From UHGV virus genome UHGV-0246708: a stretch of 46,716 bases of DNA, one strand, 5' to 3'. The translations under genes were made by a program, and so were the position numbers. Source of the DNA: a virus. Positions 1 to 8,072 of the stretch are shown here, one piece after another (the stretch's first letter is position 1; each line of letters opens with the position of its first letter). Below the pieces are notes generated by a model. That model ran no database searches. It had not been told where the DNA came from and saw only the letters and a program-made list of their open reading frames with translations.

Positions 1-105
1 GTGTATTTTTTGTTGCCTTCCAGTACCATTGCTACGCCCATTTGAAACGAAGTATTCCCAACGATCTTGACCGTTTTTCAATTTATAAGATTTTATAGAG
101 GCCAT
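1..105 (-). CDS. int: Tyrosine integrase, N-terminal 35 codons (ATG at 105..103, reading out of the left edge). It continues in frame at the right window end (46716..45595).
   Basis: The reverse complement of 1..105 translates to MASIKSYKLKNGQDRWEYFVSNGRSNGTGRQQKIH, a typical AP2-like integrase N-terminus. An RBS AGGAGTG lies 7 nt upstream. The start overlaps the stop of the upstream ORF (TAATG). Confidence 0.75.
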   Translation of the reverse strand, partial: MASIKSYKLKNGQDRWEYFVSNGRSNGTGRQQKIH

Positions 106-395
106 TAATCTTCACTCCTGAACATAGATTTTGGAAGAGTATAAAGTTTAGGTTTGTACCAACCTTTTTCATAGAACTTATCCATTTTTAATTCTTTTTC
201 TTTCCAGGAAAATAAGGGGAGTGTGACCATGTTTTCTTTTTCAATATCATATTTCAACTTTAATTGTTTTTCCAATACCTCTTGATATTCTTTTTCGCTG
301 TAATAAGCGTTTGTTAGTATTGGATAAATTTTTACTTCTGGAACATCTTTTTTCAATCTTTCTCGCAATTCATATGGTGTCATCATTATAGTCAA
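105..395 (-). CDS. Hypothetical 96-aa protein between the lipoprotein gene and int (moron position). The likely start is the internal MMTPYEL.
   Basis: ORF track entry. It is tightly coupled to the int start. No recognisable motif. Confidence 0.45.
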   Translation of the reverse strand: MTIMMTPYELRERLKKDVPEVKIYPILTNAYYSEKEYQEVLEKQLKLKYDIEKENMVTLPLFSWKEKELKMDKFYEKGWYKPKLYTLPKSMFRSED

Positions 396-493
396 CCCTT
401 TCGTAATTTAAACCTTTAAATAAAATTTTGAAACGGATCAGCGGCTTTATTTAAAAAATATGTTAATTTTTTCATACTTTTCATTTGGAATAA

Positions 494-507
494 CGAACGT
501 ACGTTCT
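494..507. promoter_or_regulatory. LexA (Cheo/SOS) box-like palindrome CGAACGTACGTTCT (GAAC-N4-GTTC), upstream of the 96-aa/int transcription unit.
   Basis: Perfect 12-bp palindrome GAACGTACGTTC. It matches the Gram-positive LexA consensus CGAACRNRYGTTYC at 13 of 14 positions. Confidence 0.4.
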
Positions 508-546
508 TTCGAGTTTTAAAAGAAAAGCCTAAAGGCCTTTCAATGA

Positions 547-1143
547 TTATTTTTTTAAATCAAAAGAAACGTCAAAGTCTTTTGAAGATTCCTCATCATA
601 ATTATTTGTGTCGAAATTAGCTCGCCAGATCAATCTTATATTTGGTACATTATCGACATTTGAAATCTTAGGAATTGAAAATGTTACCATGCCTTCTTTT
701 GTGACACCATGTAATATTTCTCCACCTAAATCATCACTAAACCACATGTCAGCATCAATTTGTTGGCCCTCAATTACTAAAGTTCCTTGGTCTGGATAAA
801 CATTAAAGTCTTTATCAGAAGTATTTTCAATTTTAAAATATACTTGAGCTACATATCTATTTTCAAGTTTTTGATTTTCCATTTCGCTTTTTGAAAGTTC
901 AGCAATAACTACTTTAGATATACTAGTTTTTAAACCTTGCCAATCTTCAGAAAAGCTAACGTTGTATTCAGCTCGATTTACAGTCGGGATTTTTTCTTCT
1001 TGTGTTAAAGTAGAAGATTCTTCAGATTTACTTGAAGTACGTAGTTTTGCGGAGCCTTGAGTAGCATCTTCCTTGTTACTCGAACATGCCCCTAGTGATA
1101 GTGTTGAAGCTACAATTAATCCTAAAAAAATACTTTTTTTCAT
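547..1143 (-). CDS. Secreted lipoprotein (198 aa), a candidate Ltp-like superinfection-exclusion lipoprotein.
   Basis: Signal peptide MKKSIFLGLIVASTLSLGAC with a lipobox LGAC. The gene sits between int and ImmA/cI, as ltp does in TP-J34-like prophages. A Ser/Thr-rich linker follows the lipobox. Confidence 0.8.
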   Translation of the reverse strand: MKKSIFLGLIVASTLSLGACSSNKEDATQGSAKLRTSSKSEESSTLTQEEKIPTVNRAEYNVSFSEDWQGLKTSISKVVIAELSKSEMENQKLENRYVAQVYFKIENTSDKDFNVYPDQGTLVIEGQQIDADMWFSDDLGGEILHGVTKEGMVTFSIPKISNVDNVPNIRLIWRANFDTNNYDEESSKDFDVSFDLKK

Positions 1144-1170
1144 TTTAAATCTCCTTATCTAGATTATTAT

Positions 1171-1635
1171 TTAAAACCATTTAACAATCCCCAATGTACC
1201 GTTAGGTTTAAAAAACAATTTATAATCGCCGTATACAAGACCTTCTGGAAACTGTTTGGAGTAAGCAGATAAAGCACATTCCAAGGCTTGTTTTGTAATG
1301 CCTAGGAAATCGGCGCATTCCCAAACATATGTAAAACGTTCATGATAGCAGTCAATTAAATCTTGAGGTGTGACTACCATTGTTGCTCCAATATCACGAG
1401 CTTTTTGTTCTTGTTTTCTCTTTTCATTTGTATCTTGATCTATTATATCACCAACCGACGTGAGGTGATGCCCAATTTCCTCTGCAACAGTACTAGTTAA
1501 TTCTCTAGGATGTTGTTGAGGATTTAAATACACAACATTGTTAATATACAATCCTTTTTGCTTTTCTGGCATGTTTGGTTCAAACTTATACGTTAAATCT
1601 GAAAAGCGAGCCATCAGTTCTTCCGAAGTAACCAT
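1171..1635 (-). CDS. ImmA/IrrE-family (DUF955, M78) metallopeptidase-like anti-repressor protease partner of cI. The zinc motif is variant: AEEIGHH instead of HExxH.
   Basis: Size and position immediately upstream of the XRE repressor in the same operon. The motif region VAEEIGHHL aligns to the ImmA consensus AHELGH. Confidence 0.65.
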   Translation of the reverse strand: MVTSEELMARFSDLTYKFEPNMPEKQKGLYINNVVYLNPQQHPRELTSTVAEEIGHHLTSVGDIIDQDTNEKRKQEQKARDIGATMVVTPQDLIDCYHERFTYVWECADFLGITKQALECALSAYSKQFPEGLVYGDYKLFFKPNGTLGIVKWF

Positions 1636-1651
1636 TAAAACACCTACTACT

Positions 1652-1960
1652 TTAATTATTGTGATCGCGTTTTTTGATGTAATCGATAAAAGACAGTATC
1701 TCGTTCATTTCATCTTCCGTGACATCATCATCTATGTGAGCAGCAACGGTATTTATTTCTTTTTCCTCATCGTCAAAATAAGAAACTGATACCCCTAATG
1801 CTTTCGCTAATTTTTTTACTGTATCAAAAGTTGGGTCTTTTCTTATCCCTTTTTCTAATCTGGATATATTAGAAGCGTTAACTCCTGATTTTAAAGCAAG
1901 CTGGTTAACTCCAAGTCCTTTTGACTCACGTAAATATTTTAATTTTTCTCCAAAATTCAT
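1652..1960 (-). CDS. cI-like XRE-family HTH repressor (102 aa) with an acidic C-terminal tail.
   Basis: The N-terminus LKYLRESKGLGVNQLALKSGVNASNISRLEKG is a classic XRE HTH. It is divergent from cro across an operator-rich intergenic region. Confidence 0.85.
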   Translation of the reverse strand: MNFGEKLKYLRESKGLGVNQLALKSGVNASNISRLEKGIRKDPTFDTVKKLAKALGVSVSYFDDEEKEINTVAAHIDDDVTEDEMNEILSFIDYIKKRDHNN

Positions 1961-2020
1961 AAGTTAAGCCCCCTTTCATAATTTTATGATATAGCCAACT
2001 GGCAACAAAATCAAAATAAA

Positions 2021-2088
2021 ATTGCAAAATGGCAATAAAAGTGTTGCCAAATGACAATTATTGTTATATACTGTTGTCATAAGGCAAT
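2021..2088. promoter_or_regulatory. Three operator-like imperfect palindromes in the cI-cro intergenic region: ATTGCAAAATGGCAAT at about 2021-2036, GTTGCCAAATGACAAT at about 2043-2058, and TTGTCATAAGGCAAT at about 2075-2088.
   Basis: Repeated inverted half-sites of the form TTGyC...GrCAA, spaced about 21-30 bp apart between divergent repressor and cro genes. A -10-like TATATACT element lies nearby. Confidence 0.5.
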
Positions 2089-2102
2089 GGAGGTGGATAA
2101 TT

Positions 2103-2372
2103 TTGAAAACATTATTAAATAAACAAGCAATGGAAAGACTTATGGAATCTAAAAATGATGATGTTTATTCATTAGCAAAACGTATGAATGTTGCTCCGTC
2201 TACTATATATCGTATTTTAAATGGAGATAGGGGTGTTGGAAGTGATTTAATTGCAAAACTTTTAAGAGCTTTTGATTTATCTGAAAAAGATTTTGACAAG
2301 CTTTTTATTTTTAGTGAAGTATTGCCAAATGTCAATGGAGGTTCGGAATCATGCCAGAAAAACAAAAAATGA
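2103..2372 (+). CDS. Cro-like HTH regulator. The track starts the ORF at 2061. The likely start is TTG 2103 behind the RBS GGAGGTGG, or ATG 2130.
   Basis: HTH segment SLAKRMNVAPSTIYRILNG. Divergent from cI. Confidence 0.7.
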   Translation: MKTLLNKQAMERLMESKNDDVYSLAKRMNVAPSTIYRILNGDRGVGSDLIAKLLRAFDLSEKDFDKLFIFSEVLPNVNGGSESCQKNKK

Positions 2373-2497
2373 TTGATTTCATTTTGGAAATCATGCCAAA
2401 TGTAAAGCTTATTGTTGAACTAGCAACAGATGACCAGTTAATTCGTCTGTATGAACAAGCACAGGATAAGTTGAACTATCAATTGGATCTAATCTAA
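2351..2497 (+). CDS. Small 48-aa ORF (MPEKQKMIDFILEIMPNVKLIVELATDDQLIRLYEQAQDKLNYQLDLI). It is not in the ORF track, which has a 60-aa cutoff.
   Basis: ATG sits downstream of a GGAGG and overlaps the cro stop. Coding status is uncertain. Confidence 0.3.
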   Translation: MPEKQKMIDFILEIMPNVKLIVELATDDQLIRLYEQAQDKLNYQLDLI

Positions 2498-2559
2498 TTG
2501 TATAAAAAAATACATCATATAAAAAGATGGTTAATTAAGAAAGGAAGAAGTAAAAGTAA

Positions 2560-3120
2560 ATGTCAATGTCAGTAATATTAAGAAAGTCGTTAATCGAAGT
2601 TCTTAATAAGAAAAATGAAAAGAAGAAAGATGTGGCACGTGAAATCAGTACATCTCAACAATCATTGAGTGATTGGACTTCTCAGAATAATGTTAAACCA
2701 GTAACGATTGAAAATGCTCTAAGGCTTAGTGATCACTTTAGAGATTCGACTTTCACAATGGAAGTTATTCATCAGTTTTTTGGAATGTTTAAAACTTGCG
2801 ATGGAGATGTTTATCGAAAAGACCCTTCATCATTGGACCGATTACAGAAAATTGAATCTAATGAGAGAAAAGCATTGAAGCATGACATCGAAAGAATTAT
2901 TTTGAAAAATCCTGAATATTTATCTGAACAAGATATTTCTAAAATAGTTGCATACGCAAATGAATATTTAGATGAAGTAATTGTTGAAATCACACTACTT
3001 AGTAGCTTGTGTGATCTTGCTTCAATCGATATTCGTTATTTAAGTGAGCAACGCTTTCCATATTGGGAACAATTAGGATACATGAGGAAGGAGAATACAA
3101 ATGGCACTAGAAGTTATTGA
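2560..3120 (+). CDS. HTH-domain protein (186 aa), an early regulator of unknown role.
   Basis: N-terminal KKKDVAREISTSQQSLSDW is XRE-like. Confidence 0.55.
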   Translation: MSMSVILRKSLIEVLNKKNEKKKDVAREISTSQQSLSDWTSQNNVKPVTIENALRLSDHFRDSTFTMEVIHQFFGMFKTCDGDVYRKDPSSLDRLQKIESNERKALKHDIERIILKNPEYLSEQDISKIVAYANEYLDEVIVEITLLSSLCDLASIDIRYLSEQRFPYWEQLGYMRKENTNGTRSY

Positions 3121-3331
3121 TTTTAAATCAAAAAAAGATCGAAAAGTTAATTCAAAGAAAATTCCACCTTTGAAAGCAATAGAAGTAGCAAAAAGAAAAA
3201 ATGTTTCAGCTGCTACTGTTACAAGATGGATGAAACGGGAAATTGATCCATTGCCTGCTAAAAGAAATGGTGGATTGGTAAGAATAGAAGTCGATGATTT
3301 AGAGGAATGGTATGAAAGAAACTTTATATAG
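3101..3331 (+). CDS. Excisionase-family (MerR-like HTH_17) DNA-binding protein (76 aa), a candidate Xis or early regulator.
   Basis: VSAATVTRWMKREIDPLPAKRNGGLVRIEVDDLEEWY matches the Xis/HTH_17 pattern. Confidence 0.55.
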   Translation: MALEVIDFKSKKDRKVNSKKIPPLKAIEVAKRKNVSAATVTRWMKREIDPLPAKRNGGLVRIEVDDLEEWYERNFI

Positions 3332-3342
3332 GAGGGTCTCTA

Positions 3343-3513
3343 GTGAAGAATAAGGAACTTGCAATTAAAACAATGATGACACTTTCCGTAGGAATTTTAT
3401 TCTTTGTGTTTATTTTATGTTTGATTAAATCACAATTTTTAACAGCGATTATATTAGCACTTTTTTTTATGTTTATCAGAGTGCTATGGGTAAATAGGGT
3501 GGAAAATAAATGA
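3343..3513 (+). CDS. Small hydrophobic membrane protein (56 aa, GTG start). Not in the ORF track.
   Basis: RBS AGGAGGG lies 5 nt upstream. VKNKELAIKTMMTLSVGILFFVFILCLIKSQFLTAIILALFFMF contains two predicted TM segments. The ATGA overlap couples it to the next ORF. Confidence 0.35.
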   Translation: MKNKELAIKTMMTLSVGILFFVFILCLIKSQFLTAIILALFFMFIRVLWVNRVENK

Positions 3514-3725
3514 AGAAAAGAAAACCAAAAAGCTTATACGAAGCTAGAATTTTAGGAGCATTTATTCTTGTCTTTATATTAGGGTTATTAATTAAAAATA
3601 GTGTTCCAGCGAGCTATCTACTTTTGATTATTGGACCAATTGCAGTTGTTTGGTTCATGAAGTACGACGATGCAAAATATTTAGTTTACACAAAAAAAGA
3701 GACTCATTCGTCAGCAAACGATTAA
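3510..3725 (+). CDS. Small membrane protein (71 aa).
   Basis: Two hydrophobic helices: ILGAFILVFILGLLI and LLLIIGPIAVVWF. Confidence 0.5.
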   Translation: MKKRKPKSLYEARILGAFILVFILGLLIKNSVPASYLLLIIGPIAVVWFMKYDDAKYLVYTKKETHSSAND

Positions 3726-3780
3726 GTCCCATACAAAAATTATACACGAGAATTATAACATAAAAACTGGAGGAAATGAA

Positions 3781-4071
3781 ATGGATAATGAGTCAAATAA
3801 ATTAATCATGTCAAAACGTTTTGAAGAATGGTTTAAAAATGCGACTGAAAATTGCGCAGAACGAGAATTATACGCTACAGCGTTAATTGCACGTATGGAT
3901 TGGTTAGTTGATCCAATAATTAGTAAAAGTTATAGATATGATTTAACAACAGAGCTGAATCAAAATCATAGTAGTGCTTGGTATGATGTTGCTACTGAAA
4001 TTTGTAACAAACGCAAAGAAACAGTTATACGAGCAATCTTAGAATACAATATTGAAATTGAAGGAGATTAA
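3781..4071 (+). CDS. Hypothetical protein (96 aa).
   Basis: ORF track entry. The RBS GGAGGAAATGAAATG sits upstream. Confidence 0.5.
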   Translation: MDNESNKLIMSKRFEEWFKNATENCAERELYATALIARMDWLVDPIISKSYRYDLTTELNQNHSSAWYDVATEICNKRKETVIRAILEYNIEIEGD

Positions 4072-4075
4072 TTTT

Positions 4076-6190
4076 ATGAAAAACATTAGCTTGGAGTCAA
4101 TCCGTATTCATAATTTTAAAGGTATATCAGACCTTATGATTGAACCAAATGGTAAAAGTATTGATATTTTTGGAGATAACGATGCAGGCAAAACAACTAT
4201 CTATGATGCTTTTCTCTGGTGCTTGTTCAACAAAGATTCAAAAGAACGAACTAAAATCCAGTGGAGACCACTTGATGAAAATAGCGAGCCGATTCGCGGT
4301 AAACAGACATCAGTAACTGTAGTTTTAGCTATCAATGGTCAGGCAAAGGAGTTTGAAAAGGTCCGAGGAGACAAAGAAGTCATCAAACGAAATTCGGAAC
4401 ACAAGTCTTATGAGATGTTTACAAAATACCTCGTAGACGGATTAGAGACCACCACAAAGAAAGCATTTGACGATGAAGTAGAAAAAGTATTAGATCAAGA
4501 CACATTTAAGAATCTGACTAGTGTGACTTATTTTTGTGAGCAGTTAGTGGCAGATGAACGACGTCAAAAGCTTTTTGAATACTTTGGCAGCAAGACAGAT
4601 GAAGAGATTATCAACGAAACGCCATCGATTCACCAATTAAAAGAAATTATTGGCAATGATGACATTAAAACAGCTCGTGATCGTGTGCTTCAAGACCAAA
4701 AGCGAATCAACGAAACGCTGAAAAATATTCCTGTAAAAATCGAAGGTATTCAAGCAGCATTGCCAGATATTGAAAATATCAACAAAGAGCAACTATTAAC
4801 CACTCGCAACGAGTTGACATCAAAGAAAAATGATATCGAAAACCAGCTCGTTACTATTAGAAATGGTGGTAATATTTCAGAATTAATTGCAAGTCTTAAT
4901 ACAAAACAAGAAGAATTAACTGCTGCTAAATTGAAGCATGATAATGCACAGAATGCACGTATTAATGGCATTGAGCAAGGTAAGTCAAAACTCTTTGCTG
5001 ATTTCAATAAAGCCCAGAAGACGTATGCAGATGAAGAATCAAGTCTTAATGTAACAGAACGTTTGGTTTCTATAAAAGATAATGAACTGATTGCATTAAA
5101 TAAAAAGCATGAAGAATTGTACGACAAATATGATGAAGTAGAAGCTGAAGAATTTACAGGCGGTCTAGTTTATACCAAATTATCTTTCAATGAAAATCTT
5201 TTAGTTTGTCAGCACTGTAATCGTCCATATGATGTCAAGGATCAAGATGAAATGAAACGACATCATGAGGAAGAAGAGCAAAAACGTGCAGAAGAAATTG
5301 AGTTAACAAATAAAGAAATAAAAGCCCAGTTTGAAGCGGATAAGCAAATCAAGCTCTCTGAAATTCGAGAAAAAGGCATTCAAAATAACAAAGATCGCGA
5401 AGCCTTAAAAAAAGAGATCGGCGAGTTAAAAGAACAACTATTGATTAAAACAGAAGCATATAACATTGCTAAAAAACACTTGGAAGATGTGAAGGAAAAC
5501 TTAGCTGATGTAGAGCAGCAGATTTCCTCATTAAAATTAGAAAAAATACCATTTGAAGCAACTGAAAAATATTCAACTATCACTAAAGAAATAAAAAAAT
5601 TGCAAGAGTACATTACTCAAAGTAACGAAGCTATTCTAGAACAAACTTCCGCTAAAACAAGTGAGATTACAGAAATAGATAAAGAAATCGCAATGATTGA
5701 TGAAAAATTAGCCTTGCTAAAAGAGTATGAAAGACAGTTATCGATTATTGAAGATTTCAATGAACAAGAGCGCCAATTATCACATAAGAAAGGCGAAGTA
5801 TTACAAAAATTAGTACTATTTGAAGAATTCTTTATAACAAAACAAAACATGCTGCAAGAAATTATAAATAGTCATTTCTCAGTTGTTAAATGGAAATTGT
5901 TCGATTTCTTTGAAGATGGAGGACTGAATGAAGCAGTATGTGAGCCGATGATTGACGGGGTACCGTTCAGTTCTCTAAATAACGGTAGCCGTATGCAAGC
6001 TGGATTAGATGTCTCAAATACGTTGATGAAACAGGAAGGCTATATCGTTCCAATTTTTATCGATAACGCTGAAGGTTTGACTAATCACAATAGAGACTCT
6101 GTTCAAGTAGACACTCAAGTTATTGCTATGTATGTAAATGAAGATGATAAAGCTTTACGAATCAAAAATCACAAAACGGAGGGCAAATAG
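4076..6190 (+). CDS. SMC/SbcC/RecN-like ABC ATPase with a long coiled coil. The track starts it at 4052, but ATG 4076 behind GAAGGAG is better supported.
   Basis: N-terminal Walker A GDNDAGKTT. Central heptad-rich coiled coil. C-terminal Walker B-like VPIFIDNAEGL. Confidence 0.7.
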   Translation: MKNISLESIRIHNFKGISDLMIEPNGKSIDIFGDNDAGKTTIYDAFLWCLFNKDSKERTKIQWRPLDENSEPIRGKQTSVTVVLAINGQAKEFEKVRGDKEVIKRNSEHKSYEMFTKYLVDGLETTTKKAFDDEVEKVLDQDTFKNLTSVTYFCEQLVADERRQKLFEYFGSKTDEEIINETPSIHQLKEIIGNDDIKTARDRVLQDQKRINETLKNIPVKIEGIQAALPDIENINKEQLLTTRNELTSKKNDIENQLVTIRNGGNISELIASLNTKQEELTAAKLKHDNAQNARINGIEQGKSKLFADFNKAQKTYADEESSLNVTERLVSIKDNELIALNKKHEELYDKYDEVEAEEFTGGLVYTKLSFNENLLVCQHCNRPYDVKDQDEMKRHHEEEEQKRAEEIELTNKEIKAQFEADKQIKLSEIREKGIQNNKDREALKKEIGELKEQLLIKTEAYNIAKKHLEDVKENLADVEQQISSLKLEKIPFEATEKYSTITKEIKKLQEYITQSNEAILEQTSAKTSEITEIDKEIAMIDEKLALLKEYERQLSIIEDFNEQERQLSHKKGEVLQKLVLFEEFFITKQNMLQEIINSHFSVVKWKLFDFFEDGGLNEAVCEPMIDGVPFSSLNNGSRMQAGLDVSNTLMKQEGYIVPIFIDNAEGLTNHNRDSVQVDTQVIAMYVNEDDKALRIKNHKTEGK

Positions 6191-7360
6191 ATGGCACATG
6201 AACTTGCAGAAAATAAGATTTACGGAAATAGATTAACTAAAATTAACGATACCTTTATGCCACAAGTAGAATCACAGCTATTGAGTAATGGAATAAATAT
6301 GACTGAATATCAAAAGCAATGCGTAATAAGCGCTATACAAGGAATTAATACAATGCTAACAAACTCAAACTTGTCAATTAATGATGTAGATTCAACAAAT
6401 ATGACAGAAACATTAATGACAATTGCAGCATTACAAGTCAATGCTTCAGCTATTCCTCGTGAAGTTTATTTTCAGACTAGAAATGTTAATAGGAAACAGT
6501 TCGGTCAATCAGATAATTGGGTGAAAGTAATTGAAATGGGTATTGAAGGAGATGGAAACGATGCTATCCTTTCAAAATTTGGACGGAACGTAAAACATGT
6601 TCATCGTCATTGGGAAGTGAGAGAAGAAGACCATTTTTCGTACCCAGGTTATAAAGGATTGTCAGTAACAGATCCAGAATGGGGGCCAACTGGTAAAGGA
6701 AAAGTAGTTAGAGTTGTTTATCCTATTGAAATGTCTGACGGTACAATCGAGTATCACATTGCAGAACGAGAGGATGTTGTTAAAAATTTAATTGCTCATA
6801 TAAACCAGAACCTTATGAATGAAACTTTTGGTATAGCCAAAAAGAAAAAAGACGCAAGTTATCAGCAAAAGCAGGAAATCGATAATAAAAAGCAAGAAAT
6901 TATGAACAATTTGAAAACAATGTCTTTAGATGACATCTTAGACAGTCAAGAATATCAATCATACATTAGTCCCGCATGGAAATCTCCACAAAGTAGAGAA
7001 TCCATGATTGTTCGTAAAATGAGAAACAACATTGTTAAGAAAATTCCTAAAAACTTCGAGAATGCGTATGTCGCTATGCAATATCAGTCGCAAGACGACG
7101 AAGTAGTTAAATCAGTTAGAAAAGACGTCACAGAACAAACAGCACAAGAGGTATTCGATTTTGATGAAGAACCATCCGAAGCTACACAAGAAACTATGAA
7201 ACACGATAAAGAAACTACAGCAGATACAACTATCATCGTTCCAGAAGAAGTAAAAGAGCCTGTCACTAGTCATGAGAAAGATAACGAACCAACACAAACA
7301 GCATTTTTCGATGATCTAACTACAAATATTACATCTGACACAGATGGACGTGGCTTTTAA
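6191..7360 (+). CDS. Hypothetical protein (389 aa) with an acidic C-terminal tail. It is possibly a RecT-like ssDNA-annealing protein.
   Basis: It sits in the recombination slot between the ATPase and the MBL nuclease. GYKGL motif and acidic tail. Family assignment is uncertain. Confidence 0.5.
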   Translation: MAHELAENKIYGNRLTKINDTFMPQVESQLLSNGINMTEYQKQCVISAIQGINTMLTNSNLSINDVDSTNMTETLMTIAALQVNASAIPREVYFQTRNVNRKQFGQSDNWVKVIEMGIEGDGNDAILSKFGRNVKHVHRHWEVREEDHFSYPGYKGLSVTDPEWGPTGKGKVVRVVYPIEMSDGTIEYHIAEREDVVKNLIAHINQNLMNETFGIAKKKKDASYQQKQEIDNKKQEIMNNLKTMSLDDILDSQEYQSYISPAWKSPQSRESMIVRKMRNNIVKKIPKNFENAYVAMQYQSQDDEVVKSVRKDVTEQTAQEVFDFDEEPSEATQETMKHDKETTADTTIIVPEEVKEPVTSHEKDNEPTQTAFFDDLTTNITSDTDGRGF

Positions 7361-8061
7361 TGATTGAAATTAATATACAAGGTTCTTCATCTGCAGGTAA
7401 TAATTATTTACTTGCAGATGGAAACTCTTCCTTAATGTTAGAAGCAGGATTAAAGCCTAAAGATATTATGAAACAAGGTATTAATTTTTCAAATATTCAA
7501 GGTTTACTTGTAACACATGAACATGGTGACCACTCAAAGTATATCAATGATATTTTACTCGCTGGAAGATTTGATGTGTGGGCCTCACGAGGAACTTTAG
7601 AAGGATTAGGTATAAATAGACGGTCACATATTTTAAAAGCTAACCAGCAACAGAAAATTGGTGATTGGTTAGTTAAACCTTTTGCCACTATTCACGATGA
7701 CAAAAAGGCACGGGCGAGAGAACCACTGGGCTTTCTTATTCTTTCACCTAGTGGAAAGAAAATAGTATTTGCTACAGATACTAACTATTTACCTAAAACG
7801 TTTAAAGACGTCACTCATTGGCTCGTTGAGTGTAATCATGATATCAAGTTAGTAAGACAGAGCAAACTGCCAAAAAGTGTTCAAGATCGAATTTTAAGAA
7901 CGCATATGAGCATAGATGCCTGTAAAAAGTTTTTTCAGTCAACTGATTTAACAAAAACAGAAGAAATATACCTCATCCATTTAAGCGACAAGAATAGTGA
8001 TCCAGAAAAATTTAAAGAAGAAATAGAAAAAATAACCAATAAAAAAATAATTATTGCATAG
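7360..8061 (+). CDS. Metallo-beta-lactamase-fold hydrolase or nuclease (233 aa).
   Basis: HxHxDH motif within LLVTHEHGDH. The start ATGA overlaps the upstream stop. Confidence 0.75.
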   Translation: MIEINIQGSSSAGNNYLLADGNSSLMLEAGLKPKDIMKQGINFSNIQGLLVTHEHGDHSKYINDILLAGRFDVWASRGTLEGLGINRRSHILKANQQQKIGDWLVKPFATIHDDKKARAREPLGFLILSPSGKKIVFATDTNYLPKTFKDVTHWLVECNHDIKLVRQSKLPKSVQDRILRTHMSIDACKKFFQSTDLTKTEEIYLIHLSDKNSDPEKFKEEIEKITNKKIIIA

Positions 8062-8072
8062 AGAGTGGAGGT

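Noticed and set aside
608-1789. Plus-strand ORFs 608..799 and 1538..1789 overlapping the lipoprotein and ImmA/cI genes
   Set aside because: They are antisense to well-supported lysogeny genes. No RBS. Low-complexity translations.
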